In this document: positions 38,394-48,485 of the stretch, piece after piece
Layout: each line of letters opens with the position of its first letter
How positions within the stretch are numbered: position 1 is the first letter of the stretch
Assembly (NCBI GenBank): GCA_964593885.1
Contig: CAZQKK010000001.1
Location: 297,929-361,928, forward strand
From: an uncultured Candidatus Saccharibacteria bacterium
GTDB lineage: Bacteria; Patescibacteriota; UBA1384; CAILIB01
DNA length: 64,000 nt
Reading direction: 5' to 3'
Translations under genes and position numbers: made by a program
Notes under the pieces: generated by a model
Seen by the model: the letters and a program-made list of their open reading frames with translations, nothing else
What the model was told of the DNA's origin: nothing
The model's database searches: none

Positions 38394-39098
38394 TTACGCC
38401 AGCGGGGAGCTTGAGTTGAGGTCCTCAGGCGGGAGGCCTCCGCCATCTTGCTGGTTTCGGGCGAAGTCTGGGAGGTCAGCAGGTGGCACAGAGTAAGGTG
38501 CAGGGACTGCGGGAACTGCTGGAGCAACAGGGGCTGCGGCAGGCGCTGTGGAGGTAAGCGGGGCGCTACCAGGCATGGTTGGAACTGCTGGAGGCGTTGG
38601 CACTACAGGAGTGCTTGGGGCAGGAGGGAGTACTGGAGCTGGGCTTGCGAAAGGCACGGGTGAGGGAGCTTGGAATACCGGAGATGGTGCTGGAGCATCT
38701 TCTAAGACATCGTTGCCAGGAAAATCTGGGAGGTCTGGAAGCTGTGGGAGGGGGGTAACTTCTGGAGCCGCCGCCATTAGGGATGGTGCTGCAGGCACCT
38801 CAGGTGTGTCTGGTTGCTCGGGTGCAGGAGTGGGTTCTGGTGAAACTGGCTCTGGGAAAACAGGGGCATCGGCTTTAGGAGCTGCTGGAAGTACCTGTCT
38901 ACCAGTGAGTCCTTCAAGTTGCGCTACGGCAATGAGAGCCACTGCTGGCTGGTTGTTGCGGGTTACCACCACAATCTGGTCACTACCATCAACCTGGGCA
39001 ATTAGTTCGCCAATCTTAGCTGTAGCCTCAGATTCGCTCAAAATATTCTCTAGTTCGATGTGGAGCATTGGGGGCGAATTACCACTAGGTGTTCCCAA
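38394..39098 (-). CDS. Hypothetical protein: N-terminal Phd/YefM antitoxin-like domain fused to ~170-aa Pro/Ala-rich disordered tail
   Basis: IELENILSESEATAKIGELIAQVDGSDQIVVVTRNNQPAVALIAVAQLEGL resembles Phd/YefM fold; stop 3 nt before lctP start; opposite-strand ORF 38548..39129 is a low-complexity artefact. Confidence 0.45.
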   Translation of the reverse strand: MGTPSGNSPPMLHIELENILSESEATAKIGELIAQVDGSDQIVVVTRNNQPAVALIAVAQLEGLTGRQVLPAAPKADAPVFPEPVSPEPTPAPEQPDTPEVPAAPSLMAAAPEVTPLPQLPDLPDFPGNDVLEDAPAPSPVFQAPSPVPFASPAPVLPPAPSTPVVPTPPAVPTMPGSAPLTSTAPAAAPVAPAVPAVPAPYSVPPADLPDFARNQQDGGGLPPEDLNSSSPLA

Positions 39099-39179
39099 TA
39101 AGTCTACAGGAGCCTACCTGGTGGGGTAAAGGAGTACCTGGTATAGTAATCAGGAACAACCACTCTAGCAGCACCCGCC

Positions 39180-40472
39180 ATGTCCCTAGATCACCACATC
39201 GAGCACCGCATCCTCTCAAACGGCATCTCTGTGGTGAGCGTGCCACTGCCGAATACCGAGGCAGTCACCCTCATGGTTTTCATGGGAGTAGGATCGCGCT
39301 TCGAGAGGGACGACCAACAGGGTCTCGCCCACTTCACCGAGCACATGGTTTTCAAAGGTGGCGTGAGGTACAAATCTACCCGGGAAATCTCAGAGGCGCT
39401 TGACGCAGTAGGGGGCGAATTCAACGCCTACACCTCCCACGAGTACACCGTTTTCTACACCAAAACCGGTGCTCCCTACCTCACCCTTGGGCTTGATGTC
39501 ATCTCTGACATGCTCCTCAATGCCACCTTCCCGCCAGCGGAGCTTGAGAAGGAGAAAGGCGTCATTGTTGAAGAGATCAACATGTACGAAGATATGCCAA
39601 TGCGAAAAGTGGATCAGCTCCTCGGAGAGCTCCTCTTTGGCGATACCGGCATGGGAAGGCCAATTATTGGAACTAAGGAGAGCGTCACCGCTTTCACCGA
39701 CAAAGACTTCCACGCCTACCTCAAGGAGAAGTTTGTCGGCAGCCAGTGCACCATCGTGGTAGCGGGTGCCGTAGGCGGGGACGAAGTTGCTCAGCAGATT
39801 GAGAGCTACTTTGGAAACATGCCAAAAGGAGAGAGCTACAAGCCGGCTCCAGCCGTGATGCTCACCCCAGAGAGCAAGGTAAAGATTGAGCACAAAACCT
39901 CTGAGCAGAGCCACCTCATGCTCTCACTTGAAGCATTTCCAAACACCGATCCACGCAGAATGGCACTGCGGGTACTGGCAACCATACTTGGTGGCAACAT
40001 GAGCTCGCGTCTCTTCGCCCACGTCAGAGAAGAGCAGGGCCTGTGCTACTACGTCAGGGCAATGACAGATACCTACGTAGACGCAGGCTTCCTTGTAGCT
40101 TCAGCAGGTGTAGATAACACCAGGCTTACCCAAGCGGTGAAGGCAATCATGGATCAGCTGAGGCTCATCAAGAAAGAGGGGATTACTGAAGCCGAGCTCA
40201 CGAGAGCCAAACAGTACCTTACCGGGAAAACCCTCCTCGCCATGGAAGACTCTGAGAGCGTGGCAGAGTACTACGCGGCACAAGATAGGCTTGAGGGGAA
40301 GCGCGAGACTCCTGCAGAGGTACTCAAGCAGCTTGATGATGTGACCATGGCAGACGTCAGAAACGTCACCAACGACCTCTTCGTTGATGAGACCCTGAGG
40401 TTAGCAATTATCGGACCTCAAGAGGGTAAACAGCAAGAGCTTGAAGCTCTCCTAACATTTTCAAGTAACTAG
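39180..40472 (+). CDS. Zinc metallopeptidase, M16 (pitrilysin/insulinase) family
   Basis: Inverted zinc motif HFTEHMVF (HxxEH), ~430 aa two-lobed. Confidence 0.8.
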   Translation: MSLDHHIEHRILSNGISVVSVPLPNTEAVTLMVFMGVGSRFERDDQQGLAHFTEHMVFKGGVRYKSTREISEALDAVGGEFNAYTSHEYTVFYTKTGAPYLTLGLDVISDMLLNATFPPAELEKEKGVIVEEINMYEDMPMRKVDQLLGELLFGDTGMGRPIIGTKESVTAFTDKDFHAYLKEKFVGSQCTIVVAGAVGGDEVAQQIESYFGNMPKGESYKPAPAVMLTPESKVKIEHKTSEQSHLMLSLEAFPNTDPRRMALRVLATILGGNMSSRLFAHVREEQGLCYYVRAMTDTYVDAGFLVASAGVDNTRLTQAVKAIMDQLRLIKKEGITEAELTRAKQYLTGKTLLAMEDSESVAEYYAAQDRLEGKRETPAEVLKQLDDVTMADVRNVTNDLFVDETLRLAIIGPQEGKQQELEALLTFSSN

Positions 40473-40494
40473 TAAGTAACCAACCAAGGAGCCC

Positions 40495-41118
40495 ATGGCA
40501 AAGTACACCACCCATCCCATCCCAACCGAGCGTACCTTCGTCATGCTGAAACCAGATGCCGTAATGCGTGGCCTCATTGGTGAGGTTATCAAGAGGTTTG
40601 AACAGCGCGGCCTCAAGGTTATCGCTCTCAAGATGGTGCATGCCGATGAAGCTCACGTTGATGCTTTCTACCCAAAGGACCTCGATTGGATCAAGCGCCT
40701 CGGTGAGAAGGGCCTCAAAACCTTTGCCGAGTACGGTATCGATCCAAAGAAGGAAATGGGAACCGATGACCCAGAGAAAATTGGGGTGAAGGTTCGCGAA
40801 AACCTCATCAGTTTCATAGCTATGGCGCCAGTAGTACCCATGGTACTTGAAGGCATCCACGCAGTGAGCCTCTGTCGAAAGCTCATTGGTTCAACCCTCC
40901 CAGTTTTTGCAGATCCGGGCACCATTAGAGGTGACTACTCCCACGACGCTCCAACGGCAGCAAACCTGGAGCAGCGCTCAATTTTCAACCTTGTCCACGG
41001 TTCAGAAACCCTCGAGGAAGCCAAGAAAGAAATCTCTCACTGGTTCTCTGAGAGCGAAATGTGGGACTACGACAGAGCCGACCATGTGATCATGTTTGGC
41101 GATAAGCGAAACATCTAG
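40495..41118 (+). CDS. ndk: Nucleoside diphosphate kinase (long variant, 207 aa)
   Basis: ERTFVMLKPDAVMRGLIGEVIKRFEQRGLKV, NLVHGSETLEEAKKEISHWF (catalytic His). Confidence 0.8.
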   Translation: MAKYTTHPIPTERTFVMLKPDAVMRGLIGEVIKRFEQRGLKVIALKMVHADEAHVDAFYPKDLDWIKRLGEKGLKTFAEYGIDPKKEMGTDDPEKIGVKVRENLISFIAMAPVVPMVLEGIHAVSLCRKLIGSTLPVFADPGTIRGDYSHDAPTAANLEQRSIFNLVHGSETLEEAKKEISHWFSESEMWDYDRADHVIMFGDKRNI

Positions 41119-41134
41119 CCCGAGATACCTCGCA

Positions 41135-42274
41135 ATGGTACTGCAACCCTACGGACTGAGCCTTCTCAATCGCTACCCAGAGTGGTTGGCGGTATTCCTG
41201 ATGGTCCTAGGTGGCTCAATGGCACTCACTGGGGTGTTCTACCTTGCTGCAAAGCGGATGAAGCTCCTCCCAAGTATTAGGGGGAGAGACGTCCACACCG
41301 AGAGGAAGCCTCGAGTTGGCGGTGCGGCAATTCTCACCACCATTCTCATCTCAATTCTCACCATCGCCACGGTTGCTCCCGAGAAGCTTTCGTTTGGGGG
41401 CGAAATGTTCTGGGGGATAGATAGGTCTCTCCTCGGCGTACTCTTTGGGATGGGAATTCTGCTCATTTTTGGGCTGATTGATGACGTGAAAAGCCTCAAG
41501 CCATGGGTGCAGCTCCTTGGACAGTTCCTCGCGGCTAGCGCGGTAATCTGGGGAGGGGTGCAGGCTGAGTACATCAACCTCCCGCTCGGCGATGCAACTA
41601 TCTACCTCAATAAGGTTGCCTGGGAGATCCCCCAGTGGCTTGGCGGAGGTATTGTTTGGCCGTGGGCGGCACTCTTCAGCTACATCTGGGTAATTCTGAT
41701 GATTAACGTGATGAATTTCTTTGATGGTCTAGATGGCTTAGCGGGTAGCGTTGGTACCACAGGTGCTGCCATTCTCTTCTTTGTCTGCCTGAGGCTTGAG
41801 CTCATTGCTCCAGCTACCCTTGCACTCATTCTCGGGGCAGCAGTGCTTGGCTTCCTCCCGTGGAACTGGCACCCTTCAAAAATTTTCATGGGTACGGTTG
41901 GCTCACAGCTCCTAGGCTTCATGCTTGGGGTAGTGGCCATCATCTCTGGGGCGAAGGTAGCTACAGCAGTCCTCGTCCTTGGTATCCCACTCTTGGATGC
42001 CCTGGTGGTGATTGTGAGGAGGCTAGCGGCAGGGAAGAGTCCCTTCCAGGCAGATCAGCGTCACCTGCACCACAGGCTTCTCCACATTGGGCTCTCCACA
42101 CCAAAGGTAGTCTTGGTTATTACCGCCATCTCCCTGGTATTTGGATTGTTTTCGCTCCGTACCCAGGACGCTAGTGGGAAAGGGTTGCTCACCGTACTCC
42201 TCGCCATTGCGATGGTAGTTTTCATTGCCGTAACCTACGCCCTTGAACAGAGGGCACAACGAAAGGTACACTGA
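41135..42274 (+). CDS. Polyprenyl-phosphate N-acetylhexosamine-1-phosphate transferase (MraY/WecA/TagO, GT4 family)
   Basis: VHTERKPRVGGAAI, NVMNFFDGLDGLAGS, 10-11 TM. Confidence 0.7.
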   Translation: MVLQPYGLSLLNRYPEWLAVFLMVLGGSMALTGVFYLAAKRMKLLPSIRGRDVHTERKPRVGGAAILTTILISILTIATVAPEKLSFGGEMFWGIDRSLLGVLFGMGILLIFGLIDDVKSLKPWVQLLGQFLAASAVIWGGVQAEYINLPLGDATIYLNKVAWEIPQWLGGGIVWPWAALFSYIWVILMINVMNFFDGLDGLAGSVGTTGAAILFFVCLRLELIAPATLALILGAAVLGFLPWNWHPSKIFMGTVGSQLLGFMLGVVAIISGAKVATAVLVLGIPLLDALVVIVRRLAAGKSPFQADQRHLHHRLLHIGLSTPKVVLVITAISLVFGLFSLRTQDASGKGLLTVLLAIAMVVFIAVTYALEQRAQRKVH

Positions 42275-42280
42275 CATCAT

Positions 42281-42811
42281 ATGGAACCAGAGAACACCCA
42301 GCCAGTAGCGCCACTCAGTACAGACGTACCACAGTCAGCAATGCCTCAACCAGAGGTAGCGGCTGCTCCAGTACCCGCTCCTGTGCCAACTCCTGTAGTT
42401 GATCCCACAGCTCCAGGTCAGCACACCATCTTGATTGTTGAGGACGATAAGGTGCTCCAAGAGCTCTACTACGACAGGTTTACCGCTGCAGGGCTAACCG
42501 TGGTACAGGCCTTTGACGGTCTCCAGGCTCTCGATAGGATGGAGTCTCACCCAGAGGTACAGCTGGTACTCCTAGACCTCATGCTTCCTAAAATGTCTGG
42601 TTACGACGTACTCGCCCAGCTCAAACGAAGCGCCGATAAGCGCGATATCCCTGTCATTATTGTTTCAGCTCTCGCCGACGTTGATGACCAAGCGAGGGGG
42701 TTGCAGCTTGGTGCTGCCGAGTACATCACAAAGGGAGAGATGCTGCCTGGTGTAGTGATTGAAAAGATCAAGGCGTATGTCCTATCAGTTCCAGGGACAG
42801 CGGCCGTCTGA
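42281..42811 (+). CDS. Stand-alone response regulator receiver (CheY-like) with Pro/Ala-rich N-terminal extension
   Basis: ILIVEDDKVLQEL, phospho-acceptor LVLLDLMLPKMSG, T/K positions conserved. Confidence 0.75.
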   Translation: MEPENTQPVAPLSTDVPQSAMPQPEVAAAPVPAPVPTPVVDPTAPGQHTILIVEDDKVLQELYYDRFTAAGLTVVQAFDGLQALDRMESHPEVQLVLLDLMLPKMSGYDVLAQLKRSADKRDIPVIIVSALADVDDQARGLQLGAAEYITKGEMLPGVVIEKIKAYVLSVPGTAAV

Positions 42812-43286
42812 GGACGTCCTCGTTGTCTGCCGTCAGCACCCTTTTGTTCTCCTCCACCGTATTCTCTGGTCAGTAGCGGCTTTTCTCATACCCTTCGCAG
42901 CATGGGTATTCCTGAGCGTTGGGACCGTCTTTGCGGTGCTCATCATCCTTGGAATCTTGCTGGGATCTTTCATGCTCTACGTTGCCTGGTACTCGTGGAG
43001 CCACACCATGCTCCTGGTAACCAATGAACGGTTGGTATTCCTTGAGCAACGGGGGATTTTCCAGCGTGAGCTGGTTGAGTGTGGCCTCGAGAGTATCCAG
43101 CAGGTTTCGCACCACGTGCACGGCATTCTCCACACGGTTCTCGGGTACGGCAACATCTCCATCTACACGGGTGGATCTCAGCAGCCAATCCTCATTGCTC
43201 ACATGCCTGATCCGTACGGTCTCCAGCAGGCAATCCTCGCCTCAAAGAGCGGGGAGCCGGTAGAATCTGGCGAAGTTCTCGAGTAG
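42759..43286 (+). CDS. Membrane protein with bacterial PH (bPH_2/YdbT-like) domain
   Basis: Two N-terminal TM helices then NERLVFLEQRGIFQRELVECGLESIQQVSHHVHGILHTVLGYGNISIYTGG. Confidence 0.5.
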   Translation: MKRSRRMSYQFQGQRPSEDVLVVCRQHPFVLLHRILWSVAAFLIPFAAWVFLSVGTVFAVLIILGILLGSFMLYVAWYSWSHTMLLVTNERLVFLEQRGIFQRELVECGLESIQQVSHHVHGILHTVLGYGNISIYTGGSQQPILIAHMPDPYGLQQAILASKSGEPVESGEVLE

Positions 43287-43599
43287 GGCTGCAATACTTG
43301 CAGATTTTTGCTAGTATTTTTTTGTGACCTAAATGCCACATTCGCATCATTTCAGGTTGCTGCTTGAGCTATGCCGAAGGCACAGCTTTCTCAGTAACCA
43401 AGATTGCTTCATTCTCTGTTGTAGGCTGTTCGCGCTGGCGGGGTACTACCAGTCACTCGGCTTCCACAATCTGGCGCAGCAGATCCGCGAGCTCCTGTTC
43501 TACATCTGGAGGCTACGCTTCCCAGGGGTTGGACTCGACGGTCTGCCACTTGAGCGAGCTCAACGTCCTAAACCACTCCATCCTGAAGTGGTTTTTTTG

Positions 43600-46500
43600 T
43601 TAGAGCTGAATTCTGTCTCTCCCAAGTAGGTTGATCAGCTTTCCGAAGAGCTCATCTGAAAACTTCACCCGCTGGGTGATCTTCAGTGCCTGCTCTCCTT
43701 CCATGGTTGGGAGGAGGAGGGTTACCGGAATGCGGCCGGGGTGCTGTTCTAGGTAGGTTTTGATGCGTTGCAAGAGCTCTCGGTCACCATCTTCGGGGAT
43801 GGAGAGGATCAGTTTGGTTACCTTGTGTTCAGGAACACCCTCCTGCTCAGAGATGGTTACCACCCGGTCTGCCAACACCTTGCTCTCAAGTACCTCGCCA
43901 CCATCCCTTCCTTCCTTCTTGCTCACCTTGCCTTCAACGTACACGGCGGCACCCTCAATGAGGACTGATTCACAGGTGGTCCAAATTTTAGGGAAAACCA
44001 CCAACTCTGAAGGCCCTGTTTCGTCTTCAATGGCGACGAATGCCATGTTCTGGTTCTTTTTGGTGAGGATTTTCCTCACGCTCATTACTACTCCGCACAC
44101 TTTAACCGGGGCGTCGTCTAGTTGCTCGGGGAGCTCAATGAGGGGCACCCTATCTGAGGGGAGGTAACGTAAGAAAGGGCTCATCGGGTGGTCCGAGATG
44201 TAGATACCCAAGAGCTCTCGTTCCCAGGCCAGGCGCTGTTTGGCACTGGTTGGGGTGGCTTTCGCGAAGGTCAGCTGGAAGCGTGAGGCATGGTTGTCCT
44301 CGGTGGCCTCGCCAAATAACCCAATTTGGATGGAATTTTTTTCCTTGGTAATCCTGGCAAGGTAGGCAAGGATTCCCTCTAGGTTTTCCAAAATTTCCTG
44401 CCTCTCAGCGAGGCTATCCAAGGCTCCTGCCATGGCGAGGTTTTCAATCACCTTCTTGTTGAGAATAGGGGCGCACCTCTCAACAAAATCCGTGAAGGTG
44501 GCGAAGGTTCCGTGCTGTTTACGCTCCTCAACAATTCCTTCAGCAGGTGTGTGTCCCACGTTCTTAATCGCCCCTAAGCCAAACCGAATGTAGCTGTCGC
44601 GCTGCTTGCCCGGGGTACCTTCAGGGTAGAAGAGGGCACCAAACTCAACGAAAGATTCGTTTACATCCGGCTGGAGTACCTCAATTCCCATCTCGCGACA
44701 CTCGGCAATCTCGATGCTAATGCGATCTAGGTTGTTGGCATCAGAGGTGAGGAGAGAGGCCATGAACTCCACGGGGAAGTTTGCCTTGAGGTAGGCAGTT
44801 TGGTAGGCGATCATGGCGTAGCAGACGGCGTGAGCACGGTTGAATCCGTAGCGGGCGAAAGGCTCAACGAAGTCCCAGACCTTCACTGCCGTGAGCTTGT
44901 CTACCTTCATGACAGTCACAGCACCGTTGATGAACTTATCGCGCTGCTCGTCTAAGAGGGCCTTAATTTTTTTACCCACAGCTTTTCGCAACACATCTGC
45001 CTGGCCGTAGGAGAAGCCAGCAAACTTCCTCGCCACCTCAAGTACCTGGTCTTGAGTAACAATGACCCCGTACGAGTCTTTCAAAATTGGCTCCAAAATA
45101 GGGTGTAAGAAGGTTACCGCTTTCCGGCCGTGCTTCGCCTCAATGAAATCTGGAATGGCGTCCATGGGACCGGGGCGATACAGCGCCACCATTGCCACGA
45201 TGTCCTCAAACTGGGTTGGCTTGAGCTCTTTTAGGTAGCGCTTCATGCCAGCAGACTCTAGCTGGAAGACCCCGGTAGATTCCGCCCTAGCGAGGAGCTC
45301 GTAGGAAGGGGCGTTATCCAAAGGGAGGTTCTCAAGGTCTATAGTCACTCCACGGGTTTTCCTAATCACCCTGAGGGCCTGCTGGATGATGTTCAAGTTT
45401 GAGAGTCCCAGGAAGTCAATTTTGAGGAGCCCAATGTGGTCCACCTGGTTCATCGCGTACTGCGTCACAATGGCGTTGGTGTCCTTGGCGGCGCGTTGGA
45501 TGGGGACGTACTCCGTAAGGGGGTCACGGGTCACCACAACACCTGCAGCGTGTACCGAGGTGTGCCGTGCCACACCTTCCAACCGGCTGGCAATGTCCAG
45601 GAGCTTGGCAAACTGTTCGTTTGACTTGTAGAGAGCTGAGAGCTCGGAGATGTTTTCCAGTGCCTCCTTGATGGTCATGCCTCCAGGGCCTGAGGGGATG
45701 AGCTTAGCGATGTAGTCACAGTCTTTGTAGGCAACCCCGAGGGCTCGTCCCACGTCTCTCACCGCGTTGCGGGCTGCCATGGTTCCAAAGGTAATAATCT
45801 GGGCAACGTGGTCGGCGCCGTACCTCTCACGAACGTAGGCGATAACTTCGTCACGTCTGGCATCCTCAATGTCATTATCGATATCTGGCATCGAGACACG
45901 TTCAGGGTTGAGGAACCTCTCAAAGATGAGGTTGTGGAAGAGGGGATCAACGTTGGTGATGTGGAGGAGGTACCCCACAATTGAGCCAGCGGCTGACCCG
46001 CGGCCAGGCCCAATCATGATGTTCTGCTCGCGCGCCCAGTTGATGAAGTCTTGGGTGATCAGGAAGTACGACTCAAACCCCATGGTTTCGATAACCGAGA
46101 GCTCGTACTCAACCCGGGCTTTTGCTCGCTCTTCTATGGGAACAGAAAAGTCGTTGAGGGGCGAAGCGAGAATCTCGCCGTCTGCCCTGGAATCGTCACA
46201 GGTGTAATCCACGCCGTACCTCTCCTTCATACCAATGCCACATAGGTGCCTGAGGAAGGCGCGGTCTCGCTTAGTTTTATCTTTTCCCGGCACCACGAAG
46301 TCTTCAGGAATGGGGAAGATTGGCATGATGCTCACACCAAGTGGGATCTCAACCTTGCACCTCTCGGCAAGCTTCACCGTGTTGGTGAGAGCCTCGGGGA
46401 TATCTGAGAACCACTCCGCCATTTCTGCGGGAGTTTTCATGCTGATATCAGAGTCCAGCATGTTCAGACGGTTGGGATCGTTCACCGTCTTACCCGAGCT

Positions 46501-47211
46501 TACGCAGACCAGCACATCCTGAGCTTCGGCGTCATCTGGGGAGAGGTAGTGCACGTCGTTAGTGCAGATCATCGGGACGTTGTACTGCTTCGCCAGCTTC
46601 CTCAGCTGCTGGTTACTGAGCGTTACATCCTCATCGTTGGGGTGGTGCTGAATCTCGATGTAGAAGTTGTCCTTCCCAAAGATGTCCAGGTACTCTTCAA
46701 GTGCCTTGCAGCCATCGTCCCAGTTCTCCATGAGCCTTCTTGGGATCTCGCCGTTGAAGCAGCTTGAGGTGCCAATGAGACCTTTTGCGTGTTTACGGAG
46801 CAACTCCTTATCAATTCGGGGCTTGTAGTAGACACCATCCAGGTGGGCGATACTGGTGAGCTTGATCAGGTTCTTGTAGCCCTCGTAGGTTTCCGCCAGG
46901 AGAATCTGGTGGTATGACTTCGCGTCTAGCTTGTGGTCTCTGTCGGTGTGGCTGCGCTTGGCCATGTAGGCCTCAACTCCCAAGATTGGCCTGATACCCT
47001 CCTTGAGACAGGCCTCGTAGAAATCAATGATCCCGTACATCGCCCCGTGGTCGGTGAGAGCACAGGCATCCATACCCAACTCCTTCACCCGCTTAACCAG
47101 CGCTCCAATCTGAGCCGCTCCATCAAGGAGCGAGTAAGTGGAGTGGACGTGGAGGTGAACGAAGGGAGCGGTGAGGGGGGCGAATTCAAGCTTGGCACTC
47201 ATACCCTGCAT
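43600..47211 (-). CDS. dnaE: DNA polymerase III alpha subunit
   Basis: PHP domain FVHLHVHSTYSLLDGA, polymerase core, OB fold; 1203 aa. Confidence 0.9.
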   Translation of the reverse strand: MQGMSAKLEFAPLTAPFVHLHVHSTYSLLDGAAQIGALVKRVKELGMDACALTDHGAMYGIIDFYEACLKEGIRPILGVEAYMAKRSHTDRDHKLDAKSYHQILLAETYEGYKNLIKLTSIAHLDGVYYKPRIDKELLRKHAKGLIGTSSCFNGEIPRRLMENWDDGCKALEEYLDIFGKDNFYIEIQHHPNDEDVTLSNQQLRKLAKQYNVPMICTNDVHYLSPDDAEAQDVLVCVSSGKTVNDPNRLNMLDSDISMKTPAEMAEWFSDIPEALTNTVKLAERCKVEIPLGVSIMPIFPIPEDFVVPGKDKTKRDRAFLRHLCGIGMKERYGVDYTCDDSRADGEILASPLNDFSVPIEERAKARVEYELSVIETMGFESYFLITQDFINWAREQNIMIGPGRGSAAGSIVGYLLHITNVDPLFHNLIFERFLNPERVSMPDIDNDIEDARRDEVIAYVRERYGADHVAQIITFGTMAARNAVRDVGRALGVAYKDCDYIAKLIPSGPGGMTIKEALENISELSALYKSNEQFAKLLDIASRLEGVARHTSVHAAGVVVTRDPLTEYVPIQRAAKDTNAIVTQYAMNQVDHIGLLKIDFLGLSNLNIIQQALRVIRKTRGVTIDLENLPLDNAPSYELLARAESTGVFQLESAGMKRYLKELKPTQFEDIVAMVALYRPGPMDAIPDFIEAKHGRKAVTFLHPILEPILKDSYGVIVTQDQVLEVARKFAGFSYGQADVLRKAVGKKIKALLDEQRDKFINGAVTVMKVDKLTAVKVWDFVEPFARYGFNRAHAVCYAMIAYQTAYLKANFPVEFMASLLTSDANNLDRISIEIAECREMGIEVLQPDVNESFVEFGALFYPEGTPGKQRDSYIRFGLGAIKNVGHTPAEGIVEERKQHGTFATFTDFVERCAPILNKKVIENLAMAGALDSLAERQEILENLEGILAYLARITKEKNSIQIGLFGEATEDNHASRFQLTFAKATPTSAKQRLAWERELLGIYISDHPMSPFLRYLPSDRVPLIELPEQLDDAPVKVCGVVMSVRKILTKKNQNMAFVAIEDETGPSELVVFPKIWTTCESVLIEGAAVYVEGKVSKKEGRDGGEVLESKVLADRVVTISEQEGVPEHKVTKLILSIPEDGDRELLQRIKTYLEQHPGRIPVTLLLPTMEGEQALKITQRVKFSDELFGKLINLLGRDRIQL

Positions 47212-47270
47212 TCTAGCAAAAGAAAAAACCTCTGCGAGGGCTAACCTGTTAGCAACCTGAAAAATATGGT

Positions 47271-48476
47271 ATGGTGCTAGGCGAAATGTCTACCTCCTAC
47301 GCATTCATCTTTGGTCGCAACCCCGAGCTCTCACACCTCGAGCTTGTTGCAGTTGCGCCCCGTTTTGGCCTTACCGTTGGCAAGATGATTGAGACCGAGA
47401 TCATGCAGGTGACAACTCCAGAGGTACTATCGCCCCAAAAACTGAAGGAAATACAAAACTATCTTGGTGGAACTGTCAGAATTGCCGAGCTTGTATCTGA
47501 AACCCCAGAGCGTCAGGGAATTGTCTCATGTGCTGCTGGTGTGGTGAGTAGCCAGATGCGTGAAGAGGGGAAGCTCTTGGTGGGAATTAGCACTTGGGCT
47601 GAAACCGGCAGGCCGTACCCAGCTTTTAGGATCTCAAAAGAGCTCAAGCCACTCCTTACAAAGCAGGGACGAAGTGTCAGGATGGTAACCCCAAATGCCC
47701 CGAGGTTTCACCTGGACGCACCTCAAATCATTCACAACAAGCTGGTAGAGAAGGGTGTTGACCTGGTTTGCATCTGGACCGGCGGCGCGTGGCGGGTAGG
47801 GGTTACCCGGACGGTGCAAGATATCTCAGACTACACCAAACGTGACTTTGGCATTCCCAAGCCAAACGCATTTTCAGGGATGCTCCCGCCAAAACTGGCG
47901 CAAACCATGATTAACTTAGTGGTTGGTTCTCGGGACGATGTCGCCATCTACGACCCTTTCTGTGGCAATGGCAGGCTGCTCCTTGAGGGTGCCCTCCTCA
48001 ACCTCCAGGTGTACGGGAGCGATATCTCAGAGCGCCAGGTGGAAGATAGTGTTACCAATCTGGAGTGGCTCCGTAACACTTACGGCCAGGCAACCAGGGA
48101 TGAGCAGGTTTGGGTTGCAGATGCCACCAAGGGCCCTGGGAGGAACATCCCTGAGAAATTCATGATTGTGAGCGAACCATTCTTGGGTAAACCACTGCGA
48201 AACCCGCTCAGGCGCGACCAGAAAGATGCCTGGGTTTCAGAGCTCTCACAGATGTACCTTTCCTTCTTTAGCTACTGGGCTACGGCTCCTCAAAAACCTG
48301 AACAAATGCTCGTAGTATTCCCTAAGGCGATGGCGGCTGAAGGCGGAAGTATCAGCCTGTTTGCCCACCTCGTTGACAGGTTACACGAGATTGGTTATAG
48401 TGCGAAGGTACTTTTCTCCTACAGCCGGCCGGACAGCCTCGTGCACCGCGACCTGGTTCAAATCACCGTTAGATAA
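47271..48476 (+). CDS. Putative SAM-dependent RNA methyltransferase (UPF0020 / RlmL-Trm-like)
   Basis: Motif I DPFCGNGRLLLEGA; degenerate motif IV VSEPFLG. Confidence 0.55.
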   Translation: MVLGEMSTSYAFIFGRNPELSHLELVAVAPRFGLTVGKMIETEIMQVTTPEVLSPQKLKEIQNYLGGTVRIAELVSETPERQGIVSCAAGVVSSQMREEGKLLVGISTWAETGRPYPAFRISKELKPLLTKQGRSVRMVTPNAPRFHLDAPQIIHNKLVEKGVDLVCIWTGGAWRVGVTRTVQDISDYTKRDFGIPKPNAFSGMLPPKLAQTMINLVVGSRDDVAIYDPFCGNGRLLLEGALLNLQVYGSDISERQVEDSVTNLEWLRNTYGQATRDEQVWVADATKGPGRNIPEKFMIVSEPFLGKPLRNPLRRDQKDAWVSELSQMYLSFFSYWATAPQKPEQMLVVFPKAMAAEGGSISLFAHLVDRLHEIGYSAKVLFSYSRPDSLVHRDLVQITVR

Positions 48477-48485
48477 GATTTAGAC

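Noticed and set aside
38548-39129. 193-aa plus-strand Gly/Ala-rich ORF
   Set aside because: It is the mirror of the Pro/Ala-rich coding repeat on the minus strand. The minus-strand ORF has a folded N-terminal domain and operon coupling to lctP.
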